Origin: an uncultured delta proteobacterium
GTDB taxonomy: Bacteria > Desulfobacterota > Desulfobacteria > Desulfobacterales > B30-G6
Length of the DNA: 64,000 bases
Reading direction: 5' to 3'
Assembly (NCBI GenBank): GCA_963823335.1
Contig: CAWGLD010000005.1
Location: 352,001-416,000 of the forward strand
The translations under genes were made by a program, and so were the position numbers. Positions 1-8,715 of the stretch are shown here, piece by piece; positions within the stretch are counted from its first letter, which is position 1; each line of letters begins with the position of its first letter. The notes beneath the pieces were generated by a model. It was given only the letters and a program-made list of their open reading frames with translations, ran no database searches and was not told the origin of the DNA.

Positions 1-373
1 CCCCCATGACAGGGGTACCTTCTTTTACCAGGGCGATGTTGACCGTAAACTCTCCGTTTCTTTTGACAAATTCCTTGGTGCCGTCCAACGGATCCACAAC
101 CCACAGGGCTTTCCAGGCTTTTCGTTCCTGGAACGGGATTGCCTTGCCTTCCTCGCTGAGGATCGGTATGCCGGATTGCAGGAGATGGCCAACAATGATG
201 TCGTGGGCGGTTTTGTCCGCCAGGGTCAGCGGGGAATGATCATCTTTGTATTCCACCTGAAAGCCGGTATGGTAGATCTTCTGAATGGCGTCGCCGGCTT
301 CAATTGCGGCCAGGACCGAGGTGGTTAAAAAACGTTCATTTTCAAGATGGTTGCCCGTAAATTTACTTGGCAT
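1..373 (-). CDS. cysQ: 3'(2'),5'-bisphosphate nucleotidase CysQ, N-terminal part (runs off the window start)
   Basis: Not in the ORF track. Translated by hand from ATG at 373: MPSKFTGNHLENERFLTTSVLAAIEAGDAIQKIY...SPLTLAD...ILSEEG...WVVDPLDGTKEFVKRNGEFTVNIALV, which has the inositol-monophosphatase/CysQ DPLDGTKEF motif. The start overlaps the stop of the YcaO gene. Confidence 0.92.
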   Translation of the reverse strand, partial: MPSKFTGNHLENERFLTTSVLAAIEAGDAIQKIYHTGFQVEYKDDHSPLTLADKTAHDIIVGHLLQSGIPILSEEGKAIPFQERKAWKALWVVDPLDGTKEFVKRNGEFTVNIALVKEGTPVMG

Positions 374-2096
374 GCTTCATCCTTTCCAGGTTTTCCCTGG
401 CAAATTCTATGGAAGAGTCTATCGACAGTGCCACTTCATAAAAGTAAATGGCCTTGTCCTTTTCGCCCATTTCCCGGTAATTGGAGCCGATATTGGCATA
501 GTCTATGGCAGAGCCGGGATTCAGGTCCAGAACCCTGGCAAAGTTTTCTATGGCCTGTTCATGTTGTTTCAGTTTGAAATGACAAAATCCCATCAGATTG
601 TAGATGTCGGTGCGTTCCTTATCATATGTTTCGCCCTGTTTGAGGACTTCAAGGGCCTTTTCCCATGACCCCATTTCCTTGTGTGCAACCCCCAGGTATG
701 AATAAATACTCGAGATGTCCTGGACCGGGGGATTCAGCCGGCGGGCGCTTTCGAGGAGGGGCAGGGCTTTTTCCGGTTGTCCCATGGACAGCAGACAGGT
801 ACCCATGTAAAAACGTACATAATATTTATCGGGAAGCAGCCCATCCATCTCCAATAGCCTGGCATAGGCTTTGTCGGGCGAATTGCTTTCCGTTATGCGT
901 TTAGCGGAAAACATGCCCACGCTGGTTCCGGTGGCCCTTTCACGAAAATGGGCTCCCGGTATGATGGTATAGAATGCCGGTATGTCAAGCAGGGTATGGG
1001 TCGTGTTGATCACCAGTACGTCAAAACCCCTCTGCCTTAAGGCGGCAATGCTGTTCTCAACCTCTGTTTTGATGTTGGGACTGGAAATGTCCGGTAACAT
1101 ATCCATCGTGACACGTTTTTGCGGGTCGAGTATAAACCTGGCGGCATCCAGGGTTCTGAATTTCGGAAGACCGCTGGCCACATAGTTAGCGCCGGAGTTG
1201 AAGTCCCCGGCCAGCTGGGCTGTTTCAGTGAGGGCACGGCTCAATGCTTTTTGGGGATCAGGGGTGGTGCCGGCAGTCCAGACGATTTCGCTCTTTTCCG
1301 GAAAAGTGCTGGGATCATAGGCCAGTACCCCTATGGACGGAATTCCCATATCGAGGGAAAAATCGGACAGAAAAACATGTATGTTGTTGGCTTTAAATTT
1401 CCCCAGCATTTCCTTTACCAGGGGATCTGTTGCGGATTCGGGTATGATGGCAGGAACGGATATCTTTTTCTGGCTTATCAGGGATGAGACATGCCTCTCA
1501 ACCACTTCGCAGATCCCCTGAGAGATGGCTTCTTCGATACAATTGCCGGCGGAGGGCCCATTGAACTCGTTGATGGTGAAAAACCAGTCAAAGGGAATGA
1601 GAACCGGTTCATTCCGGGTGAGGTTGAAACCCCAGGTCCATTTCATGGAAAGGGTTTCATAGATTTTACGACTGATATCCAGTTCTTTTGACTCATCATG
1701 AACTGATTTGGCAATTTCTTCAAAGGGCAGGGCGTTTTCTTGTATATCCGCTGGGGTTCCGGTCACAAAGTTTTCCGGGTCCTTGCAAAAGCTGAAAAAA
1801 CTGAAACGTTCTGCCAGCTCCATAACAGCACTGGCCTCAGCCTGTTGGGGGGTGCCCCCTTTTCCCATCTGCTTTTTTGTGCCGATAACCTCCCGGGCAT
1901 CTTTTCCACACTGGCTGAAGAAAACCGGAATATCCAGACGGCCGTTGTCGATCCTTTCGGTTTTATCGAGAATATCTAGGTCGACGCTTTTCAATTTTTT
2001 CCTGAACCTCTCGACGGTCTCCACTGGAGACAGCGTTTTGTCCTGGTCCAAGGTATCTTTTTTAAAGGCGTCTTCCAGGGTGATCCTATAGCTCAT
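363..2096 (-). CDS. YcaO-family protein with C-terminal TPR repeats
   Basis: YcaO ATP-binding motifs GKG..QAEASAVMELAER, NGPSAGN..EEAISQGICEVVERH and RALTETAQ. The last ~150 aa are TPR-like. Probable start is ATG 2096 with GGAGAG upstream (the track extends to 2123). Confidence 0.88.
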   Translation of the reverse strand: MSYRITLEDAFKKDTLDQDKTLSPVETVERFRKKLKSVDLDILDKTERIDNGRLDIPVFFSQCGKDAREVIGTKKQMGKGGTPQQAEASAVMELAERFSFFSFCKDPENFVTGTPADIQENALPFEEIAKSVHDESKELDISRKIYETLSMKWTWGFNLTRNEPVLIPFDWFFTINEFNGPSAGNCIEEAISQGICEVVERHVSSLISQKKISVPAIIPESATDPLVKEMLGKFKANNIHVFLSDFSLDMGIPSIGVLAYDPSTFPEKSEIVWTAGTTPDPQKALSRALTETAQLAGDFNSGANYVASGLPKFRTLDAARFILDPQKRVTMDMLPDISSPNIKTEVENSIAALRQRGFDVLVINTTHTLLDIPAFYTIIPGAHFRERATGTSVGMFSAKRITESNSPDKAYARLLEMDGLLPDKYYVRFYMGTCLLSMGQPEKALPLLESARRLNPPVQDISSIYSYLGVAHKEMGSWEKALEVLKQGETYDKERTDIYNLMGFCHFKLKQHEQAIENFARVLDLNPGSAIDYANIGSNYREMGEKDKAIYFYEVALSIDSSIEFARENLERMKHAK

Positions 2097-2300
2097 GAGG
2101 CTCTCCAAATAAAATTTTACCACAATGTCATCAAGCGCGACGATGTGGCTTTAAAGGACAAAACAGTCAGATTAGGGTATATTAATCATGATATGCAGTC
2201 CACGCAACTTGTTTGATCGATTAAGGATAGCGTGTAATCCTATTTCACTTGACTCTGCTGCATAAATAACTTACACCAATGCAAATTCTGCTCTGTATGT

Positions 2301-2376
2301 GGGGATGTAGCTCAGCTGGGAGAGCGCAGCGTTCGCAACGCTGAGGCCAGGGGTTCGAGCCCCCTCATCTCCACCA
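2301..2376 (+). tRNA. tRNA-Ala(CGC)
   Basis: GGGGATG/CATCTCC acceptor stem with the G3:U70 Ala determinant, anticodon arm CAGCG-TTCGCAA-CGCTG, GTTCGAG T-loop, encoded CCA. Confidence 0.97.
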
Positions 2377-2389
2377 AGCATCTGCTTAC

Positions 2390-2445
2390 ATTGCCATCGA
2401 TACCCCCGAGCATGTCCTGGGGGTATCGATGGCAATCTCATTTTT
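2390..2445 (+). terminator. Strong hairpin downstream of tRNA-Ala, probable terminator
   Basis: 18-bp perfect inverted repeat ATTGCCATCGATACCCCC (2390-2407) / GGGGGTATCGATGGCAAT (2419-2436), with TTTTT a few bases later. Confidence 0.65.
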
Positions 2446-2746
2446 ATTTGCTCACCAGATTGTGAAATTAATTGCCCAAATTTAGCGTTTCTATCTTCTA
2501 CACGTTTTCAGCGATCCCAATTATCCCGTGCAGTGATGAATAGTGGTTCGTAAAAAACGGAGGGGCTGTTCTTCCAAAGGGCCTACAGACAAGCCTTTTG
2601 CCAGAAAAGCGATCCGGCCGCATCAGATAAAATGGCTAACAGTCTTATTGTGCACACTTCTTGCATATCAACATTCGTATATGGGGATAGCACCTCTTTT
2701 CATCTGTTAATAATCTGGAATAGCTGTCATTGAAAGGAGAAGTACC

Positions 2747-3019
2747 ATGGCGAATAATTTTCATATGTTTACGCACAAGACCACCGAAACACTCCATGTC
2801 AAACTCACCGGCGACTTTGATGGCAGTTCAGCATCCGAGCTTCTCAATGCCTTAACAGACAACAAGAACAGATACTATCAGATATTCATCAATACCACGG
2901 AATTGAATACCATTCACCCATTTGGCCGGGAAGTGCTGCAGCGCAGATTGTCGGAATTCAAGGACCAGGGGCCCGGTGTGATTTTTATCGGGAAGAATCT
3001 GGGACAGTCGTTGAATTAG
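2747..3019 (+). CDS. Small STAS-like (anti-sigma-factor antagonist-like) protein
   Basis: 90 aa, AAGGAG RBS, and a LHVKLTGDFDGSSASEL...IFINTTELNTI pattern resembling STAS domains. Confidence 0.6.
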   Translation: MANNFHMFTHKTTETLHVKLTGDFDGSSASELLNALTDNKNRYYQIFINTTELNTIHPFGREVLQRRLSEFKDQGPGVIFIGKNLGQSLN

Positions 3020-3042
3020 AATTCCTGCTGCCGACAGTGCGC

Positions 3043-3462
3043 CTATTTGACCACTGAAAGGGCGGTTCGGTGAAACGGCTGAAGGTAGGGTAGGATTTCA
3101 GAAATGTAATCGATATTGCTCTTGAGAGCTGCTTTGCGGTGAATTCCCAGCGGGTTTCCCTGGGCGATGGATTTTACCATGATCGACAACAGTTTGATCC
3201 GCTGATAGAAGATGTGGTCGACATCAAAATTGATTGGAGATGCCTGTTTAATTTCAAGATGATTCAGATATACATGCCAGTCCGACATGAAATAGCTGAC
3301 ATGCCCAGCGTTGCGGACAATGGAGCGCAGGCTGTAGTTTCCCAGAGAGACCTCCTGAAGGTAGGCTTTGGCCATTACGATCAGAAGTCTCAGCCTGGAA
3401 ATTAAAATATCATCATCACGTACATTTCTCATCTGAAAAAGATTTGACCCCAATCGTAGCAT
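3043..3462 (-). CDS. Hypothetical protein with two internal repeats
   Basis: 139 aa. ILISRLRLLIVMAKAYLQEVSLG and IFYQRIKLLSIMVKSIAQGNPLG align with each other. GAAAGG RBS-like sequence upstream. Confidence 0.65.
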   Translation of the reverse strand: MLRLGSNLFQMRNVRDDDILISRLRLLIVMAKAYLQEVSLGNYSLRSIVRNAGHVSYFMSDWHVYLNHLEIKQASPINFDVDHIFYQRIKLLSIMVKSIAQGNPLGIHRKAALKSNIDYISEILPYLQPFHRTALSVVK

Positions 3463-3586
3463 ATATTCTACCTTTCTGATTTGACCATTTTACAAATACC
3501 GGGTGATCATTGTTGTATTTGCCAATAACATACCAAGGTAACCTGACCAAAAGCCTAAACAGAAGCACTTCCTGTTGCATGTACCA

Positions 3587-3602
3587 AGCAATTATCAGGC
3601 CA
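3587..3602 (-). promoter_or_regulatory. Putative sigma54 (-24/-12) promoter
   Basis: The minus strand reads TGGCCTGATAATTGCT (GG-N10-GC), ~125 nt upstream of the 3043-3462 gene. Confidence 0.6.
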
Positions 3603-3793
3603 CACCGAAAAAATATCCAAACTGGCCCATATGTTGTGTATGCCTGTTATGTGGGAAACCACTCAAGGCGGAACAGGGCAAAAATTTCTACAGAAACTAT
3701 GAACTAAATGCCACAATAAAATCGTTGCACGATTTTATTATATGACGCGGCGTTGCCGCTTATATATAGACAGAACAGGATGGTGAAACTGCG

Positions 3794-3820
3794 CCACCCG
3801 TTTCACGGGTGGTAGTTGAC
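3794..3820 (+). repeat. Hairpin plus TAGTTGAC, resembling an IS200/IS605-type terminal remnant
   Basis: CCACCCG-TTTCA-CGGGTGG-TAGTTGAC. No transposase nearby. Confidence 0.35.
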
Positions 3821-3937
3821 TTGACGAAGATCCCGCTCTTTTTGCGGGGCAACAAAATCCTATTTTTTAGATGGGTTCTAAAAACAATGTGTATCTAAAT
3901 GCGACGCAGTCGCGACAGCTAAATTCGCGCAGCGAAA

Positions 3938-4267
3938 TTAGTCGCAGTTAAGGATAATATAGCGCTGCTCTTTCTCGATGGCTTCCGGAGGAATCACAAA
4001 GTTTAGGCTCATACCGACTTCCGGGTTTCGCACCCATTCCACCTTGCCATCGATTTCAAGACGGTCACCATTGAGCAAAATCAGAATGCCTCGAACAAAG
4101 GTTGCCAGCGTTTTATCGGATGGATTGGCGAAGCGGATGCCGGATTCGTTGACATCGAGCACTTCGAATTCATGGGAAGCTATTTTCAGGATGGCTCTCT
4201 GAGAGGGTTTGTAGATGATCCGGACAAAGGTACGTCTTTCAGGACCTGAATATTCGATGGCATTCAT
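3938..4267 (-). CDS. Single-domain PilZ protein
   Basis: RxxxR (RRTFVR) and DxNxxG (DVNESG, a variant of DxSxxG) motifs in a 109-aa protein. Confidence 0.8.
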   Translation of the reverse strand: MNAIEYSGPERRTFVRIIYKPSQRAILKIASHEFEVLDVNESGIRFANPSDKTLATFVRGILILLNGDRLEIDGKVEWVRNPEVGMSLNFVIPPEAIEKEQRYIILNCD

Positions 4268-4418
4268 GGGATGCCCCCTCTTTATTGATACATTACCACA
4301 CGTTAACGAACTTTGTCTTGATTTCTATACGATTATGGTATAGTTGTCAACCATGAATGGGTGTTATAGAATCTAATATATCAGTGGGTTATAAAAAAAA
4401 TAATAGGAAAAATAGAGA

Positions 4419-5006
4419 ATGGATCGTCAAAGTGAGCTTTCGAGAAAGACAAGCGAAACCGTTATTGATGCCAAGCTGAATATCGACGGCACGGGTAGCG
4501 GTGATATCGCCATCGGCATCCCCTTTTTCGATCATATGTTGACCCTCCTGGCAGCGCACGGATTTTTTGATCTGAGCATTCGCGCCAAGGGGGATATCGA
4601 GGTTGATTTTCATCATACCATAGAAGATGTCGGCCTGGTGCTGGGAGATCTTTTTGAACAGGCACTCGGCAATCGGGAAGGGATTCGGCGGTACGGACAT
4701 GCGGTAACACCCATGGATGAGGCCATTGCATCCGTTGCTGTCGATTTATCAAAACGTCCTTTTCTGGTCTATCGCCTGCCATCGGATATTCCCAAAACCG
4801 GAGAATCTTTTTCCATATTGGGCAAAGAATTCTTCAGAGCATTTGCCACACGGGGCGGCATGAACCTGCACATTGATGTGGGATATGGAGAAAATGAACA
4901 TCATATCCTTGAAGCCGTGTTCAAAGCTGTCGGCAGATCTCTTGATATTGCCACATCACTTGATGACCGTATTGTCGGCGTTCATTCCACAAAAGGCTCC
5001 CTGTAG
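4419..5006 (+). CDS. hisB: Imidazoleglycerol-phosphate dehydratase
   Basis: RKTSET, FFDHML, DFHHTIED, PMDEA and NEHHILEAVFKA motifs. Confidence 0.97.
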   Translation: MDRQSELSRKTSETVIDAKLNIDGTGSGDIAIGIPFFDHMLTLLAAHGFFDLSIRAKGDIEVDFHHTIEDVGLVLGDLFEQALGNREGIRRYGHAVTPMDEAIASVAVDLSKRPFLVYRLPSDIPKTGESFSILGKEFFRAFATRGGMNLHIDVGYGENEHHILEAVFKAVGRSLDIATSLDDRIVGVHSTKGSL

Positions 5007-5030
5007 ACCTTTGGTTCGTCATGGAAACAA

Positions 5031-5747
5031 ATGCCCTTATCTCAAACCTGCTTTCTGCATCCAATGAATGAAACAATTTTAAAAGCGGGGCGGGCTATAT
5101 TCTGCATATGGGGCTTCCTATTTCTGATATCCTGTGTGGCGCCACAGAAAGATTTTCCGCCGGAAAAAACCCTAGAGGGTATCGAAACGATTCAGGTCAT
5201 TCCGTTTCAAAACCTGTATACGCTTTATGGCGACAAAGCCCATATTGATTGTGGTATTTTCAATCGGCGTCATCTTATCGGGGAAGTTCCGGAAGGAACT
5301 GCAGAATTCATGACCGAACACTTGATAAACCTTCTCATGAGTGATAGGTCATACCGGTTTATTTTTCCCGATCAAACAGACGTGATGCCGACCCATCTGG
5401 AGGCTGATCAGAATTGTGTTGCCAGCATGGCGGAGTTTGTTGCGACAACCGGTGCTGCAATTGATGTAGATGCAATCCTGATGGGATATCTTTTCCACTT
5501 CAAAGAACGTGTGGGAACGAGTTATTCCGTTGAATCCCCGGCGTCGGTATCATTTAGTCTATTTATGGTGAGGGTGACGGACGGACGAATTGTTTGGCGT
5601 GGCATTTTTGAAGAAACACAGCAGTCACTGTCCGAGAATATTCTCAAGATCGGTACATTTATTAAACGAAAGGCCCGTTGGGTTACAGCCCGGGAAATGG
5701 CTGCCGAGGGTCTTGAAACTCTGATATCAACATTTCCGGAACCATGA
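5031..5747 (+). CDS. Putative lipoprotein
   Basis: Hydrophobic stretch with lipobox LISC. The true start may be 5064. The stop overlaps the hisA start (ATGA). Confidence 0.7.
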   Translation: MPLSQTCFLHPMNETILKAGRAIFCIWGFLFLISCVAPQKDFPPEKTLEGIETIQVIPFQNLYTLYGDKAHIDCGIFNRRHLIGEVPEGTAEFMTEHLINLLMSDRSYRFIFPDQTDVMPTHLEADQNCVASMAEFVATTGAAIDVDAILMGYLFHFKERVGTSYSVESPASVSFSLFMVRVTDGRIVWRGIFEETQQSLSENILKIGTFIKRKARWVTAREMAAEGLETLISTFPEP

Positions 5748-6496
5748 TCGTTATACCCGCTGTAGACATCAAAAACGGCAAATGTGTGCGTCTTTCCCAG
5801 GGAAAGATGGATGCCGAGACCGTCTTTTCAAAAGATCCGGTCGCCATGGCCAGGAAATGGGATGCCTTTGGTGTGGACATTATCCACGTTATCGATCTCG
5901 ATGGCGCAATCCAGAAACGGCCTAAAAACGCAGAAATCATCCGGGATATTATAGCTACCGTCAATGCACGTGTTCAGGTGGGGGGGGGCATTCGGAATCT
6001 CGACACCATCGAAACCTATCTTCAGTTGGGTGTGCACCGTATCATTATCGGTACCGAAGCCATTCGCAATCCCCAGTTCGTCAAGGATGCCTGCAGGCTG
6101 TTTCCCGGCCACATTGTTGTGGGTATCGATGCGAGAAATGGCCTGGTGGCAATCGAGGGTTGGACAGAGACCACAGGGACAAAGGCAGTGGATCTGGCGG
6201 TGCAACTTGAGGACCAGGGTGTGGCGGCGATCAATTTTACGGATATTCATAGAGATGGGATGCAGACCGGTCCCAACATCGAAGAAACCCGAAAACTGGC
6301 TGAAACCATATCCATACCCGTTGTTGCCTCCGGCGGCGTAGCGACACTCCAGGATATTCGCAATCTTCTACCCTTGGAATCTTTGGGTGTCATGGGTGTA
6401 ATTACAGGGAAGGCGCTTTACGCGGGGAGCCTGAATCTGGCGGAAGCCATATCCATTGCTACGGGGGCCTCTGCAGTAAACGTAGTGCACGAATAG
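5744..6496 (+). CDS. hisA: ProFAR isomerase
   Basis: IPAVDIKNGKCVRL, QVGGGIR, TDIHRDGMQTGPN and VASGGV motifs. Confidence 0.97.
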   Translation: MIVIPAVDIKNGKCVRLSQGKMDAETVFSKDPVAMARKWDAFGVDIIHVIDLDGAIQKRPKNAEIIRDIIATVNARVQVGGGIRNLDTIETYLQLGVHRIIIGTEAIRNPQFVKDACRLFPGHIVVGIDARNGLVAIEGWTETTGTKAVDLAVQLEDQGVAAINFTDIHRDGMQTGPNIEETRKLAETISIPVVASGGVATLQDIRNLLPLESLGVMGVITGKALYAGSLNLAEAISIATGASAVNVVHE

Positions 6497-6563
6497 TTGC
6501 TCAGCCATCCAAATCTTCCACTTGACATAGAATCGAAAATTAACTATCAATTAATGTTTAAAA

Positions 6564-6708
6564 TTTGAACCGAAAAAGCGAGCGCATTCCCCGTAGGTTC
6601 TGCCGTTCGGCAGTGCTTCGCATGCTGCGGGGTTAGCGAGCGAATCTAGATTAGACAGAATTCCTTACGGTCGAAGATTCCTCGTAGCTTGCTGCGAGGT
6701 TCTTCAAA
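6564..6708 (+). mobile_element. Non-coding hairpin element (MITE/REP-like) with TTTGAA...TTCAAA ends, family A copy 1
   Basis: Hairpins CCCCGTAG..CTGCGGGG and CCTCGTAGC-TT-GCTGCGAGG. Bases 6577-6605 (29 nt) are identical to the reverse complement of 22917-22945. Confidence 0.7.
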
Positions 6709-6791
6709 CCATTTCTCTGCTTAGAACAGCATGAGATGAAATCAAATCACCGCTTAAAATCCTGCCAATATAGCCAGTTGCAAGGGCTTTT

Positions 6792-8651
6792 GTGTCATGG
6801 GGGGCGCTCTTTTTGTCCAATTTTATTCCAGAAGAAAAAATTGAAGAAATCAAGAACGCCGCAGATATTGTTGAAGTTGTATCAGATTATGTCCTGCTGA
6901 AAAAGACTGGTAAGAATTACAGCGGCCTCTGCCCGTTTCATTCCGAAAAAGACGCTTCCTTTACTGTCAGTCCGGCCAAGCAGATTTTCCATTGTTTTGG
7001 ATGCAATACCGGTGGCAATGTCTTTAACTTTCTCATACGGCATGACGGTGTATCCTTTCCCGAAGCGGTAAGACTTCTTGCGAGACGTTACGGCATCGAT
7101 CTGCCGGAACGAAAAATGTCCCAGGCCATGCGTGAACAGATCAGTGAAAGAGAAAAGCTGTTGGCGATCAATCGAATGGCCAGGGACTACTATCACTGGA
7201 ATCTGCTGCATGATTCCTATGGCGAACAGGCAATGGCATATCTCCGGAATAGGGCAATAACACCATCGATTATTGACAGGTTTCAACTCGGTTATGCGCG
7301 TAATACCTGGGATGGTCTTCGAGAATACCTGCAGAAAAAACGTGTTCCCATAGACCTGATCGAGAAATCAGGGCTGGTGATTTCCCGAAAGTCCGGTTCA
7401 GGATTTTATGATCGTTTTAGGGAACGGATTGTTTTTCCAATATATAATCTTAACAAGCAGGTGATCGGATTCGGTGGACGGGTTTTGGATGCATCGCTGC
7501 CCAAATATCTGAATTCCCCTGAAACACCTGTGTATAGTAAAAGCAAATCGCTTTACGGTCTGCATCTTGCGCGCAACAAGTGCCGGGAGACCCGGACCAT
7601 CTATATTGTGGAGGGTTACTTCGATCTACTGGCCCTGCATCAATATGGTGTGGAAAACGCGGGTGCAACCCTGGGAACAGCCCTGACAACCGAGCACATC
7701 CACATGATCAAAGGATTTGCAGAAAAAGTGATTCTTGTCTTCGATGGAGATGAGGCCGGTATCCAGGCTTCCTTGAGAAGCGTGGGGATATTTATCGAAA
7801 AAGGCATGCAAGCCCGGGTGATGCTGCTGCCCAAGGGGCATGATCCTGATTCATTCATGCGAAAGTATGATTTAGAGGCCTTTGAGGAGCTGGCTGCCAA
7901 ATCACGCAGTGTTATTACCTTCATCATGGAATCAGCTCAGAAAAAATTCGGGCTTTCGGTGGAAGGGAAAATGCGAATTATCGAGGAACTGAAAATGCCC
8001 CTGGCGTCCATTGAAGATTCCACCGCGCAGGAAACCTACATCAAAGAGGTGTCGGAACATCTGGGGGTGAAAGAATACAGCCTCAAAGAAAAGGTCGACA
8101 AGGCTGCAGTGGAAATCCAAAAAGCGGGTACGACCTATCGTAAGCGGCCGACAGGTCACATACAGCAAGAAATCCAGTCGGAACGGTCTATAGCGGAAAC
8201 AGACAAAAAACGGATGACAGGCACCCGACTGGAACAGCAAATCCTTGCTATGATGCTTCAATACCCGGATATTTTACCTGATATCATTCAAGACAAAGTT
8301 TTAGATCATTTTGTAACCGAAACGTTAAAAACGCTCGGGGAATTGATACTATCCATGAAAAATGAAAAGGATTTTGATGTATCTAATTTAATCTCCATTG
8401 TTGACGATGATCAAAAAAGGAATATATTAACTTCGTTATCTATAAAGGAAGAAATGTGGAATCGGAAAGGCTGTCGAAAAGTTATTACCAAGTTTATCCA
8501 AAACAGCCCTCTGCGGTACGGCCTTTCCCTGACAGAGCAAATCAAGGCCGCGGAAAAAGATAACAATCAGGACCTTTTATTTAAATTACTTCAGGAGAAA
8601 CAAAAGATCGCCGTTTCAAATGAGCGACAGAAGCAGGAGCTATCCCAATAA
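6792..8651 (+). CDS. dnaG: DNA primase
   Basis: CHC2 zinc finger ([15 protein letters not shown]), [20 protein letters not shown] and Toprim (VEGYFD, FDGDEAG). The start may be a few codons downstream. Confidence 0.97.
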   Translation: MSWGALFLSNFIPEEKIEEIKNAADIVEVVSDYVLLKKTGKNYSGLCPFHSEKDASFTVSPAKQIFHCFGCNTGGNVFNFLIRHDGVSFPEAVRLLARRYGIDLPERKMSQAMREQISEREKLLAINRMARDYYHWNLLHDSYGEQAMAYLRNRAITPSIIDRFQLGYARNTWDGLREYLQKKRVPIDLIEKSGLVISRKSGSGFYDRFRERIVFPIYNLNKQVIGFGGRVLDASLPKYLNSPETPVYSKSKSLYGLHLARNKCRETRTIYIVEGYFDLLALHQYGVENAGATLGTALTTEHIHMIKGFAEKVILVFDGDEAGIQASLRSVGIFIEKGMQARVMLLPKGHDPDSFMRKYDLEAFEELAAKSRSVITFIMESAQKKFGLSVEGKMRIIEELKMPLASIEDSTAQETYIKEVSEHLGVKEYSLKEKVDKAAVEIQKAGTTYRKRPTGHIQQEIQSERSIAETDKKRMTGTRLEQQILAMMLQYPDILPDIIQDKVLDHFVTETLKTLGELILSMKNEKDFDVSNLISIVDDDQKRNILTSLSIKEEMWNRKGCRKVITKFIQNSPLRYGLSLTEQIKAAEKDNNQDLLFKLLQEKQKIAVSNERQKQELSQ

Positions 8652-8715
8652 CAACACCCTGATACAAACAGCGCACTTATTTAGGCAAAAAATAGATGGC
8701 AGGAGGCTGGATTCA

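Noticed and set aside
2650-2665. Sigma54-like GTGCACACTTCTTGCA upstream of the STAS-like gene
   Set aside because: It has TG instead of the near-invariant GG at -24, so it is not supportable.
2301-4300. Possible integrated island at tRNA-Ala
   Set aside because: I saw no integrase and no duplicate of the tRNA 3' end in the window.
8620-8715. Longer rpoD start given in the ORF track
   Set aside because: It overlaps dnaG and has no RBS. AGGAGG supports ATG 8716.
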